A DNA stretch of 52,348 nt from Desulfosporosinus sp. UBA5188. GTDB taxonomy: Bacteria > Bacillota > Desulfitobacteriia > Desulfitobacteriales > Desulfitobacteriaceae. A program made the translations under genes and the position numbers. The notes under the pieces were generated by a model that made no database searches, was not told where the DNA came from, and was given only the letters and a program-made list of their open reading frames with translations. Of the stretch, positions 18,403 to 27,891 are shown one piece after another (the stretch's first letter is position 1; each line of letters opens with the position of its first letter). The DNA lies in assembly GCA_002413075.1 (NCBI GenBank), contig DHWG01000069.1:2119-54466 (forward strand). The letters run 5' to 3'.

Positions 18403-18552
18403 GTTACCGGCAGGTCTCCTGACTTAGTATCATCGACTGAATGCGCCTTCCCGGTTTCCCAGTGGCAGTGCAACAGTCTCCTCTTTACAGTGGTGGGTCC
18501 GTCTGGGATTTTAACCCAGTTCCCTATTCTCCCTTTGAAGGGCACCTGTAAC
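18403..18552 (-). promoter_or_regulatory. Cobalamin riboswitch upstream of cblS-cblT-ECF operon
   Basis: Minus strand AGGTGCCC..AATAGGGAACTGGGTTAAAATCCCAG..CCCACCACTGTAA..GCCACTGGGAAACCGGGAAGGC..AAGTCAGGAGACCTGCC. Confidence 0.95.
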
Positions 18553-18574
18553 AAACCAATATTCAGTTATATTT

Positions 18575-18603
18575 ATAATAATGCAATTGAAGTTGAATTA
18601 CAA
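18575..18603 (-). promoter_or_regulatory. Putative sigma-A promoter for riboswitch/cblS operon
   Basis: TTGTAA (18603-18598), 17 bp spacer, TATTAT (18580-18575), just upstream of aptamer. Confidence 0.5.
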
Positions 18604-19026
18604 GGAAATTTTATCGTTATTATCCGATTCTTTTTCAGATGTGACCTGCTTTTTCCACAGCTTATATTGTTCTAGATCCTCACTGACTTGGGAAATAATG
18701 AAGCCAGCCACCGCCGCGTCATCGACCAAGCCCGCAAAGGGAATATAATCGAAGATTGCGTCCAAAGGAGAAACAAAATAGACAATCCCTAAGATGATCA
18801 TGAGGAGCGATCGCGTAGGCATTTCCTTATAGTTCCCGTTAATCCAATCTCTGAACACGCCAAATAACAGCTGTAGCTTATCCCAAGTTTCACCCAATGC
18901 ACCTCGGTGTGTTGTAGCCTTTAGCAGAGCCTTATTGAGAAGTCCTAATGATTTTTTCTTATCCTCGAGATATTGGCTAGCCTTCGCTTTAAAGGGTGCC
19001 AATCTTCTAGTTTCTAGCTTGTCCAT
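18598..19026 (-). CDS. YkvA/DUF1232 family small membrane protein
   Basis: YFVSPLDAIFDYIPFAGLVDDA motif; start moved to ATG 19026 behind GAGGAG. Confidence 0.85.
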   Translation of the reverse strand: MDKLETRRLAPFKAKASQYLEDKKKSLGLLNKALLKATTHRGALGETWDKLQLLFGVFRDWINGNYKEMPTRSLLMIILGIVYFVSPLDAIFDYIPFAGLVDDAAVAGFIISQVSEDLEQYKLWKKQVTSEKESDNNDKISL

Positions 19027-19066
19027 GTTATTGGCTCCTCTCCAGCATAAAAAGTGTTTGTAGGCC

Positions 19067-19903
19067 TTAAGTTTGCTTAATCCAATTATCATTCCCTTTA
19101 TAGCGGTTTCTTATTTCAGACAGTTCTTTACGACGGTGGCCAAATTCTTCAACTTGTGCCCTCAACCAGACCTGAAAATGCCTTGTTAACGCTTCTTTTT
19201 CAAAACGTTTACCAGCTGTTCCAAAATTCCATATAAGCCCTTTTTCTGAAGAGCAAATAATCGCTTCTTGACCACAAAGAGGACAAACCGCACGATTTGG
19301 CTCAGGAAACTTCCAAATATCAGACCAACAGGTGGGACATTCACCCGTTTCCAGTTGACGAGGATCTCGGAATAAGGACGCACCCATTGCACGAATGCGT
19401 TCGAATGATTTCTCATTTGATAAAGCCTCACCAGGCAGTGCTCCCAAAAATATGTGGGCATCTTTAACATCAAAACCTAGAAAACGGGCATTGGCAATCA
19501 GTGCAGATAAAGTATACCCTTCCCACCCCTTAATGCCAGTAGTACCAATAATCACACAGGGTTTCCCCCAAAGCACATCAATCTGTTGAGCGAGCGCTAT
19601 AATCCGATCTCCAAACAACTTTATTATGGCCGCTGGACCGAGAGCATAGCAAGGCGCAGACAAAATAATTCCATCCGCTTCTTTTATTTTGTCCAACAAG
19701 AAATATAAATCATCGTTCAGTGGGCAACGCTGATCAGGAGCTAAGCAAGTATAACAAGCTCTGCAGGGCTGAAGATTCAATTCCGGCAGTCGGATGAGTT
19801 CCAGCTTATACTCTTCTCCAATTGAAGCAGCTGCCTCTTTAATCAGGATCTCTCCATTAGCCATTCTCCTTTGTGAGGCCACTAATCCTAAAATCTTTTT
19901 CAT
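19067..19903 (-). CDS. Iron-sulfur flavoprotein / NADPH-dependent FMN reductase family protein with C-terminal CxxC..CxxC
   Basis: CRACYTC-x5-C cluster motif, ADGIILSAPCY, C-terminal CPTC..CPLC. Confidence 0.8.
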   Translation of the reverse strand: MKKILGLVASQRRMANGEILIKEAAASIGEEYKLELIRLPELNLQPCRACYTCLAPDQRCPLNDDLYFLLDKIKEADGIILSAPCYALGPAAIIKLFGDRIIALAQQIDVLWGKPCVIIGTTGIKGWEGYTLSALIANARFLGFDVKDAHIFLGALPGEALSNEKSFERIRAMGASLFRDPRQLETGECPTCWSDIWKFPEPNRAVCPLCGQEAIICSSEKGLIWNFGTAGKRFEKEALTRHFQVWLRAQVEEFGHRRKELSEIRNRYKGNDNWIKQT

Positions 19904-19945
19904 TCTTCTCTATTTCCACCCTCTCATCGTATGACATCAAAGTCA

Positions 19946-20518
19946 TCAAGCTGATTCGCATTTTTTGCTCAGCAGCCCAGCAGAGGCAATAAACTTCAAG
20001 GCATCTTCCGAAGAAACATCGAGCCGTTGCACGGTCTCTTCGGGTACAAGAATCAGATTGCCCGCTCATTGCATTGATTGCATTAAGTAGACAGCCACGT
20101 AACCCTTTGGAATAAAGGTGCTTTCTTCATCATTGGTGAGAAATCCCAATAGTTTCAGTCCATTGGACATATCGACCAAGACTAACCGAGAAAAGCCCTT
20201 TTTGTTCCCTGAAAAAGAATTCACGGTGTCTTTTATAATCCCATAGATACTACCGAACAGTGGCACTTTAATGAAGATCTTATCCAGATAATTGATTAAT
20301 CCGTTCGTCAACCAGTTTGAGGCTAGTAACCCTACTAGGAAAATCACGGCAAGGGTAACAATCACCCCAAAACCAGGAAAATATAAGCCAGCATGCTCCA
20401 GTAACCCTTTAAATAACCCATCCGTGATTAAAAACATCTTATATAGAATATAAAAGGTAATAGCTATAGGTGTTAGAACAAAGAGGCCCTTTAGAAAGAT
20501 TCCAATAAATTTTTTCAA
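19946..20518 (-). pseudogene. DUF502 family membrane protein interrupted by in-frame TGA at 20066-20068
   Basis: Frame continues past the TGA as AGNLILVPEETVQRLDVSSEDALKFIASAGL, a DUF502-like C-terminus, to a stop at 19946. Confidence 0.8.
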
Positions 20519-23500
20519 ATTCCTATTCCCCCAATTTTCAATCGCTTGGCACGATCTGTCATGCTACGGAGCCAAAGTCTGATTTCATTAGTGACTAGCT
20601 TCTTATCCAACCTCCATTGCCAATTTCCATAGATCGTTCCAGGCACATTCATTCTGGCTTCCTCGCCCAAACCTAAGATATCTTGCATAGGTAGGATAAC
20701 CCACACCGCTTGACTCATATAGACCTGTTCAATTAATCTGCGGCATGCCTCTTTACTTGACATATTTTGGTTCGCAGCGTTACCTACCGTGGTTTCAACA
20801 TCTTCTAGATTTCTTTCATACCAACCTAATAAAGTATTATTATCATGAGTTCCAGAATAATAAACAAAATTTGTTTCATGGTTATTTTCTATCTCTGCCA
20901 ACGGTGTGAATTGAAGTACCTTCATTCCTGGATAGCCCAAAATCTGTATTAATACGTTGACTTCAGGTGTTATCTCACCCAAGTCCTCGAGGATAAAAGA
21001 GCATTTCCCAAAGGCTTCAAACATGATTTCAAAGAATTTTTTTCCTGGTCCTTTAGTCCAACGACCCTTTTCTGCCGTTTCTTCGCCAGCGCTAACCTCC
21101 CAATACGCCTCAAAACCTCGGAAATGATCCAGACGAATGTAGTCAAACATCTTTAGCCCTAACTGAATTCGCTTTTTCCACCAAGCAAACTGAGTACCTT
21201 CTAGTGCATCCCAGTCATAGACAGGATTCCCCCATAACTGGCCGGTCTTACTAAAATAGTCTGGGGGTACTCCTGCCTTTTTAGCAGGTCGACCCTGTTC
21301 ATCTAAGACAAAAAGGTGGCGGTTCACCCAGACATCACAGCTATCAGCAGCGGCAAAATGGGGTAAATCTCCAATCAGCTGAACTCCTTTGGATTTGGCA
21401 TAAGTTTTAAGTTGATTCCATTCATAAAAAAAAGTATATTGTAAGAATTCAATAAAACCTATCTTGTCTTGGAGAAGTACCCGATACTCGGATAATTTTT
21501 CGATCTCACGGGAAGCAATCGCTTGCTCCCAATCATACCATGGAACCTCTTTAAAATGAGCCTTTAAAACCCTGAATAGACTATAATCATTAAGCCATTC
21601 TATATTTAGAGTTTTAAATTTTGAGAAATTCTCCTGCGAAAGATACGTTAACTGTGAAGAAACATCTGAACTGAGCGGCTTAACTTCCAGCTTCTCCAGG
21701 AATTTCTGATAAGCTTCATAAAGTAGATCACGTTTTAACTCTTTATAAGCTAGGAACAATAAACTTTTTCTTAGACCGAAGGTACTTACTGTTTCAGCTT
21801 TACAACGCGTCTCGTCTGAATTTAATAAACCCTCCTCAATCATATGGTCGAGACTGATCAGCGCTGTGTTTCCGGCGAAGACTGATTCACTTTGATACGG
21901 ACACTCCCCCACTCCCGCAGGATTTAAGGGTAATACCTGCCACAGAGATTGACCTGATTCTGCCAAAAAATCCACAAATTCATAGGCCTCTTTCCCTAAA
22001 TCACCGAGACCCCAAGTAGATGGTAAAGAACTGATATGTAATAATATCCCACACGAACGATCAAGGGCCAAATTATTAGGGAGGTTTTTTTTCCGTAACA
22101 GAGCTCTCCCACTGAGCGCATTGATTGGCAATGCACTTAAAGTATCTGGACCAAGCCTTTCTCCATTGATTAAGTCAATCACAAAAGAGGAGGGCTGCAG
22201 CTTTACAGTGAGATTCACGGTTTTTGTTTCCCTTGAATGACGATTGATCAGAATGGTGATTTCTTCCTCATCCCCTTTTCGGGTGAAACCATAAACATCT
22301 GGAGCGAAATAGAACGACTTAAAATCTCCCGTTTGTAGCACTTCATACTCAGCATGCATTCGCAAAATTCGACGATACCAAACCATAATTTCTTGATCTT
22401 CTTGGCCCCATGGATAGGTCCCTCGATTATAAGGGTCTGCATAGCCTTCCACACCGGCTTCATCTCCATAATAAATACAAGGAACCCCTGGAAAGGTTAC
22501 TTGAACCAAACTAAATAGCTTGAGCCTTTGCACCGCCAATTGCCGAGCATTCAGGGGAAGCCGAAAAACTCTTTGCGCCGTTTTTGTTAGACTCTTTTCT
22601 GCTGGCGCCTCTCCTAAAAGGGTCAAAATACGTATCGTATCATGACTGCCGATTAAGTTCATGGCGGCATAGAAATTTTCACGAGGATAATTTTCAAATA
22701 AACTCATGACCTCATCATGAACGACGCTGGAATCGCTTTGTCCAAGCATAAAACTGAGGAAACTAGCGCGGAACGGATAGTTCATCGTCGAATCCAATTC
22801 ATTGCCTAAGAAATATTCGCGTTGTTTACTAAAACTCACTTTATTCGAAGCATCTTCCCACACTTCTCCGATCAGAACAGCCTTCGGGCGGATGGTCTTA
22901 ATCGCTTGTCTCAGTTCTTGAATGAACTCATCTGGAAGTTCATCGGCCACATCCAACCGCCACCCAGCAACTCCAAGGTTCAGCCATTTACTGATCACAC
23001 TATCTTCCAAACCAAAGATAAACTGCCTATACGATGGGTTCATTTCATTGACCTCAGGAAGCGTATCAACCCCCCACCATGATTCATACTCTTCGTGGTT
23101 AGCTTTAAACTTATACCAGCTAAAATAAGGTGAATCAGCCGATTGGTAGGCACCAACCCCCGGGAAATTGCCATATCTGTTAAAATAGAGACTGTCACTG
23201 CCGGTATGGCTGAATACGCCATCTAGGATGATAGAGATACCAAATTGTCTTGCAGTATCAATTAATTGTTCAAAAATATCCTCGTCTCCATACATAGGAT
23301 CGATCCGTTGATAATCTGCTGTATCATATTTGTGATTACTGGGAGCGTCAAAAATAGGATTAAAATATAGGATGCTTATGCCTAATTGTTTCAGGTAAGG
23401 TAACTTTTTAATGACCCCCCCCAGCGTTCCACCAAAAAAATCCCAATCGGTCACTCTGCCCTCCTCGTCCTTAATATAGATCGGCAGATCAGACCAATTG

Positions 23501-24039
23501 GCGTGCAACAGCGCATTTCTTCTGGGATAGGTTGAGAACCCGTTTTCGTGGTCGTTATAAAAACGATCGACAAATATTTGATACATTACCCCTCGTTTAT
23601 ACCACTCAGGCACAAATACCTGTTTATGTACAGTAATTTGATAGGAAGGAGGTTCTTGCTTACTAAGCGTACCCTCCCCACCGAGCCTTTTAAGGTTATT
23701 GCCATAATAATAAGTCACAGACCCTGCCCGAATCACAAAATAGTACCAGATAAGACCGGGGATGTCGGGCACTTTATAGTTCGCCTCAAATAACATCCCA
23801 TTTTCAACGGGCTGAGGGGTCGATTCTCCAGCTGATGCTACACCACTTTTTTCGCTAGTTTGATGTAATGAAAGAGCTATTTCATGGTCTGTTGCCCAGA
23901 GACGAAGAACACAGGTTTCAATGGGTTCAACCGAAAATGTTCTCAAACGGAATGTTATCTCCTGTCCACACGTCACCGCACCAAAGGGTTCGCGGTAAAA
24001 CAAATCGTGCGAATTATGATACGCCTTAAACACGCTCAT
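20515..24039 (-). CDS. Fused GH13 neopullulanase/debranching-like hydrolase and GH77 4-alpha-glucanotransferase (MalQ)
   Basis: GH13: SNHKYD, GWRLDVADE, IGEVW, GSHDT. GH77: GILLHISSLP, GVPPDYFS..GQLWGNP, RLDHFRG, EDLG, GTHDN, RMNVPG..NW. Confidence 0.9.
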   Translation of the reverse strand: MSVFKAYHNSHDLFYREPFGAVTCGQEITFRLRTFSVEPIETCVLRLWATDHEIALSLHQTSEKSGVASAGESTPQPVENGMLFEANYKVPDIPGLIWYYFVIRAGSVTYYYGNNLKRLGGEGTLSKQEPPSYQITVHKQVFVPEWYKRGVMYQIFVDRFYNDHENGFSTYPRRNALLHANWSDLPIYIKDEEGRVTDWDFFGGTLGGVIKKLPYLKQLGISILYFNPIFDAPSNHKYDTADYQRIDPMYGDEDIFEQLIDTARQFGISIILDGVFSHTGSDSLYFNRYGNFPGVGAYQSADSPYFSWYKFKANHEEYESWWGVDTLPEVNEMNPSYRQFIFGLEDSVISKWLNLGVAGWRLDVADELPDEFIQELRQAIKTIRPKAVLIGEVWEDASNKVSFSKQREYFLGNELDSTMNYPFRASFLSFMLGQSDSSVVHDEVMSLFENYPRENFYAAMNLIGSHDTIRILTLLGEAPAEKSLTKTAQRVFRLPLNARQLAVQRLKLFSLVQVTFPGVPCIYYGDEAGVEGYADPYNRGTYPWGQEDQEIMVWYRRILRMHAEYEVLQTGDFKSFYFAPDVYGFTRKGDEEEITILINRHSRETKTVNLTVKLQPSSFVIDLINGERLGPDTLSALPINALSGRALLRKKNLPNNLALDRSCGILLHISSLPSTWGLGDLGKEAYEFVDFLAESGQSLWQVLPLNPAGVGECPYQSESVFAGNTALISLDHMIEEGLLNSDETRCKAETVSTFGLRKSLLFLAYKELKRDLLYEAYQKFLEKLEVKPLSSDVSSQLTYLSQENFSKFKTLNIEWLNDYSLFRVLKAHFKEVPWYDWEQAIASREIEKLSEYRVLLQDKIGFIEFLQYTFFYEWNQLKTYAKSKGVQLIGDLPHFAAADSCDVWVNRHLFVLDEQGRPAKKAGVPPDYFSKTGQLWGNPVYDWDALEGTQFAWWKKRIQLGLKMFDYIRLDHFRGFEAYWEVSAGEETAEKGRWTKGPGKKFFEIMFEAFGKCSFILEDLGEITPEVNVLIQILGYPGMKVLQFTPLAEIENNHETNFVYYSGTHDNNTLLGWYERNLEDVETTVGNAANQNMSSKEACRRLIEQVYMSQAVWVILPMQDILGLGEEARMNVPGTIYGNWQWRLDKKLVTNEIRLWLRSMTDRAKRLKIGGIGI

Positions 24040-25466
24040 AATAAGGACTCATAGATTTTGATATAAGCATTAGCCGATCTGTCCCAACTGAAATCGCCTT
24101 TCAAAGCATTCTGACGGATCGTTTCCCATACCACTTTATCTTCTTGGTATATTTCCACTGCCCGTTCCACCGCAAACAATAATTCATGAGCATTATAATT
24201 GGCAAAATTAAAGCCATTACCAACGCCAGTCATGTTATTATAGGGTATAACGGTGTCTTTTAACCCACCAGTTTCCCGAACGATTGGAACCGTCCCATAA
24301 CGCATGGCGATCATCTGAGAAATACCGCACGGTTCAAAACGGGAAGGCATCAATAACATGTCTGCCCCTCCATAAATTTCATGGGCTAATCTATCCGAGA
24401 ATTCTAATTTAATTGCCAGGTTTTCAGGATATTTTGTGGCAAAATAACGCAAAATTTCTTCATAGCGATGGTCACCTGTTCCGAGGATCACCATCTGAAC
24501 ACCCAACGCAAGTATGTCTGTCATAACGTGGACTAATAGATCCACGCCTTTCTGATCTACGAGACGAGATACCATCGCCAGTAGTGCTTGATCTCCTCGT
24601 ACAGGAAGTCCGACAACGCTTAGTAGATGCTTTTTATTTTCCTTTTTAGCATACGCAAAATTGCCAGTTGGCATGACCAGGTAAGGATCCTTCATGGGAT
24701 CATAAACCTCATAGTCAATGCCATTAAGGATGCCCGTAAGAGAATCCTGTCTTTTTCTTAAAAGCCCATCAAGATTTTCTCCATAATAGGGATTTTTAAT
24801 TTCCTCTGCATACGTCGGACTGACTGTCGTAATCCTATCTGCATAAAGCAAAGCAGCCTTCATAAAATTGACGGCACCATGAAATTCCAAAGTGTTTTCC
24901 GTAAAATATTCCATTCCAAGTCCCACAATATCGCTGAGAACTTCCTGAGAAAAAACCCCCTGATATTTAAGGTTGTGAATTGTAAATAGAGTTTTTATCG
25001 GATAATATAGGGGCTCTTGGCTATAAAATTTTTTAAGCATTAAGGGGATTAAGGCCGTATGCCAATCCTGACAATGGATGATATCTGGTTTGAATCCTGG
25101 TATGTGCAGCAAACTTTCCAGAGCCGCACGGGAAAAAAAGGCAAATCTCTCTGCATCATCGAATTCCCCATAAATACTGGGCCGTGAAAAATAATATTCA
25201 TTGTCGATAAAATAATAATGAACCCCTTGATACACCATCTCGTCCAAGCCGCAATATTGTTGACGCCAAGCAACTGGAACATCAAAATGGGCCAAATGTG
25301 TCATCTCTTTTTGAAAGTGGTCGGCAATGGTACTGTACTTCGGCAGAATAACGCGTACATCGACGCCTTGTTTATGCAAGAAGGCAGGTAATGAACCCAT
25401 TACTTCACCCAAACCACCTGTTTTAACAAAAGGATCCGCTTCTGCAGTCACAAAAACCAGTTTCAT
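24036..25466 (-). CDS. glgA: Glycogen synthase
   Basis: KTGGLG, DWH, TVSPTYA, PSRFEPCG, TGGLKDT. Confidence 0.96.
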   Translation of the reverse strand: MKLVFVTAEADPFVKTGGLGEVMGSLPAFLHKQGVDVRVILPKYSTIADHFQKEMTHLAHFDVPVAWRQQYCGLDEMVYQGVHYYFIDNEYYFSRPSIYGEFDDAERFAFFSRAALESLLHIPGFKPDIIHCQDWHTALIPLMLKKFYSQEPLYYPIKTLFTIHNLKYQGVFSQEVLSDIVGLGMEYFTENTLEFHGAVNFMKAALLYADRITTVSPTYAEEIKNPYYGENLDGLLRKRQDSLTGILNGIDYEVYDPMKDPYLVMPTGNFAYAKKENKKHLLSVVGLPVRGDQALLAMVSRLVDQKGVDLLVHVMTDILALGVQMVILGTGDHRYEEILRYFATKYPENLAIKLEFSDRLAHEIYGGADMLLMPSRFEPCGISQMIAMRYGTVPIVRETGGLKDTVIPYNNMTGVGNGFNFANYNAHELLFAVERAVEIYQEDKVVWETIRQNALKGDFSWDRSANAYIKIYESLL

Positions 25467-25486
25467 ACTCAACCGCCTTTCAACTA

Positions 25487-26611
25487 TTAGATCACAGTAC
25501 TTTTAAAGACCACTAAAGGACTATTCGAACTCCCTTTTAAGACGTTTTCTCCGTTTACCTTGACAAATTTATCTAGAATTGCATAGGTCGTTTGAGCATG
25601 CGCATAAATATGGCATTTAGGCATGATGATGCTATTCCTAATTCGGCATCCTTCCTCAACAACTACGCCACGAAATATAATTGAGTTAGACACTTCACCC
25701 GCAATCGTGCACCCACTAGCAATCAAGGAGTTACTGACTTTGGCTTGTGACGTGTACCTGGTTGGAGGATTATCCACAATTTTTGTATGGATGCGATCTT
25801 CCCCTAACCATAATTTTTCTCGGACTTCACAATCTAAAAGATCCATACTTCTATGAAAATAATCCTTAACTGTGCGGATCGGCCAAAATATCGAATCCGT
25901 TGGCGCGCCGTAGATTTTTAGGACTTGCAAATTTGTCGTTAAAATATCCATTAAGTCCAAACACCCAATGGATCTATACTTGTCAATAATATTCAACAAA
26001 AGCTCGCGCCGAATGATCAACATGTTTACAAAATGAGGGTGAGGTGTCTCTACGCTTTCAAGACTACTTTGGGCCATAATATGAGACACTTTCTGATTGT
26101 CATCCATTTCAAGTTGCCTCTCATGGATCAAATCACCCATGTGATCACACTCTTTATATATCAAGGTAGCGTCTGCCTGTTTTTCCTTATGAAATTCCAG
26201 GGACTCCGTAAAATTCATATTGAATATTTGATTACCATTACTAATGACGACATTCTCACTAAAATCCTTTTGTAAATACTCTAGATTACGTTGCAGATCT
26301 TTAATACAAAACGTGTGATTATCGCCTTCCAACCCATGCATGACTCCGGGCAAGATAAACATTCCACCATTTTTACGTTCTAGAAACCAGTCTTTTCCAG
26401 CTCCTAAGTGATCCAGCAGCGGTCTATATTGGTGCGGAGTCACTAATCCGATCGTACTAATGCCCGAATTCACCATACTAGATAACGCAAAATCGAGAAT
26501 TCTATATCTTCCCCCAAAGGGAACAGCTGCTATCGGCCTATTTAGAGCCAGACCCTGCAAGCTGTCAGATCCGCTATTAGCAAAAATAATTCCTATAGCG
26601 TTTGACATCAT
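25487..26611 (-). CDS. glgD: ADP-glucose pyrophosphorylase subunit GlgD
   Basis: PFGGRYRILDF.LS without the GGxGxRL motif; follows glgC. Confidence 0.9.
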   Translation of the reverse strand: MMSNAIGIIFANSGSDSLQGLALNRPIAAVPFGGRYRILDFALSSMVNSGISTIGLVTPHQYRPLLDHLGAGKDWFLERKNGGMFILPGVMHGLEGDNHTFCIKDLQRNLEYLQKDFSENVVISNGNQIFNMNFTESLEFHKEKQADATLIYKECDHMGDLIHERQLEMDDNQKVSHIMAQSSLESVETPHPHFVNMLIIRRELLLNIIDKYRSIGCLDLMDILTTNLQVLKIYGAPTDSIFWPIRTVKDYFHRSMDLLDCEVREKLWLGEDRIHTKIVDNPPTRYTSQAKVSNSLIASGCTIAGEVSNSIIFRGVVVEEGCRIRNSIIMPKCHIYAHAQTTYAILDKFVKVNGENVLKGSSNSPLVVFKSTVI

Positions 26612-26635
26612 TTTATCCTCCTTTCTAAAAACGGC

Positions 26636-27832
26636 TCATCGAGTTCTGTAAACATTTTCACCGGCTTCGATCCTCGAACCCATAGGGATTATATGGTAAT
26701 CTTCAATAACCGTTATTCCTTCTTGTTCCGGTGTGCTTTGCCCTTCAGCACCGACAATACATTGACCAAGTATTTCTGCTTTTTCCCCAATAATTGTTTT
26801 ATTTATGATCGATCCATCATGAACTTTTGCATAGGGTAATAAAATTGAATCTTTTATTTGTACTCCTTTCCCTACATAAACCCCAGATGCAAGGATTGAA
26901 TTGCTCACATTCCCATGAACAATACATCCGTTACAAACAAGACTGTTCTCTATTTTGGCTGCGGATCCCATAAAGTGGGGGGGGAAAATATCTTCATTCG
27001 AGAATATGCGGAACTTTGGATCGAAAACATTCAGGAAGTGTCCCTCTCTTAAGGACTCCATATTAGCATGATAATAGCTTTCAATAGTACCTACGTCTCG
27101 CCAATAACCTTGAAAATTGTAAGCATAGACTCTTGCTCCATCTCCAAGTTGCTGAGGAATAATATTTTTACCGAAGTCATTTTCAGAGTGAAAATTTTCG
27201 TCATCCTCAATGAGGGCTTGTTTTAGAGTTGCCCAGTTAAAAATATAGACGCCCATTGAAGCAAGATTACTGTCAGATTGAAGCGGTTTTTCTTTAAAAT
27301 CCGTTACCCGTTCATCTTTATCGACAGTCAAGATCCCAAACCGCGATGCTTCCTCTTGCGGAACTTGAATCGTTGCAATGGTAATCTCTGAATTTTTCTG
27401 TTTATGAAACTTTAACATCAGGTTGTAATCCATTTTATACACATGATCCCCTGATAAAATAATCACATATTTAGGATTGTAGAAATTTATAAATTCATAA
27501 TTTTGGAAAACGGCATTGGCTGTACCGTTATACCAACTTCCTTCTGAATTGCCAAGGAAGGGGGGAAGAATGTGAACCCCACCACTGAAAGGATTATCTA
27601 AGTCCCAAGCTGAACCTAAACCAATATATGAATTAAGTAGAAAAGGCTTATATTGGATAAGAATACCGACCGTGTTAATGTTTGAATAGGTGCAATTACT
27701 CAAGCTAAAGTCTATGATTCTATACTTACCACAAAAGGAAACTGCCGGTTTAGCTCGATTACGAGTTAAACCACCAAGTCTACTCCCTTGCCCACCTGCT
27801 AAAAGCAGTGCTACACATTCCGGTTGTTTCAA
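26636..27832 (-). CDS. glgC: Glucose-1-phosphate adenylyltransferase
   Basis: LAGGQGSRL, RAKPAV, GTANAV, SGDHVYKMDY, WRDVGT. Confidence 0.96.
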   Translation of the reverse strand: MKQPECVALLLAGGQGSRLGGLTRNRAKPAVSFCGKYRIIDFSLSNCTYSNINTVGILIQYKPFLLNSYIGLGSAWDLDNPFSGGVHILPPFLGNSEGSWYNGTANAVFQNYEFINFYNPKYVIILSGDHVYKMDYNLMLKFHKQKNSEITIATIQVPQEEASRFGILTVDKDERVTDFKEKPLQSDSNLASMGVYIFNWATLKQALIEDDENFHSENDFGKNIIPQQLGDGARVYAYNFQGYWRDVGTIESYYHANMESLREGHFLNVFDPKFRIFSNEDIFPPHFMGSAAKIENSLVCNGCIVHGNVSNSILASGVYVGKGVQIKDSILLPYAKVHDGSIINKTIIGEKAEILGQCIVGAEGQSTPEQEGITVIEDYHIIPMGSRIEAGENVYRTR

Positions 27833-27891
27833 CGCAGCTCACCTTCCTCACAAATATTTATCTGTTATAAACAATTTAGTATGAACTATTG

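Noticed and set aside
19857-20069. 70-aa Cys-rich ORF overlapping the DUF502 stop (ATGA)
   Set aside because: It is an alternative-frame shadow of the true DUF502 C-terminus and overlaps the next gene
23811-23850. SAGESTP linker in the GH13 N-terminus echoing the element peptide SVGESTP
   Set aside because: DNA lacks the element's hairpins and ends; five-residue match is compatible with chance
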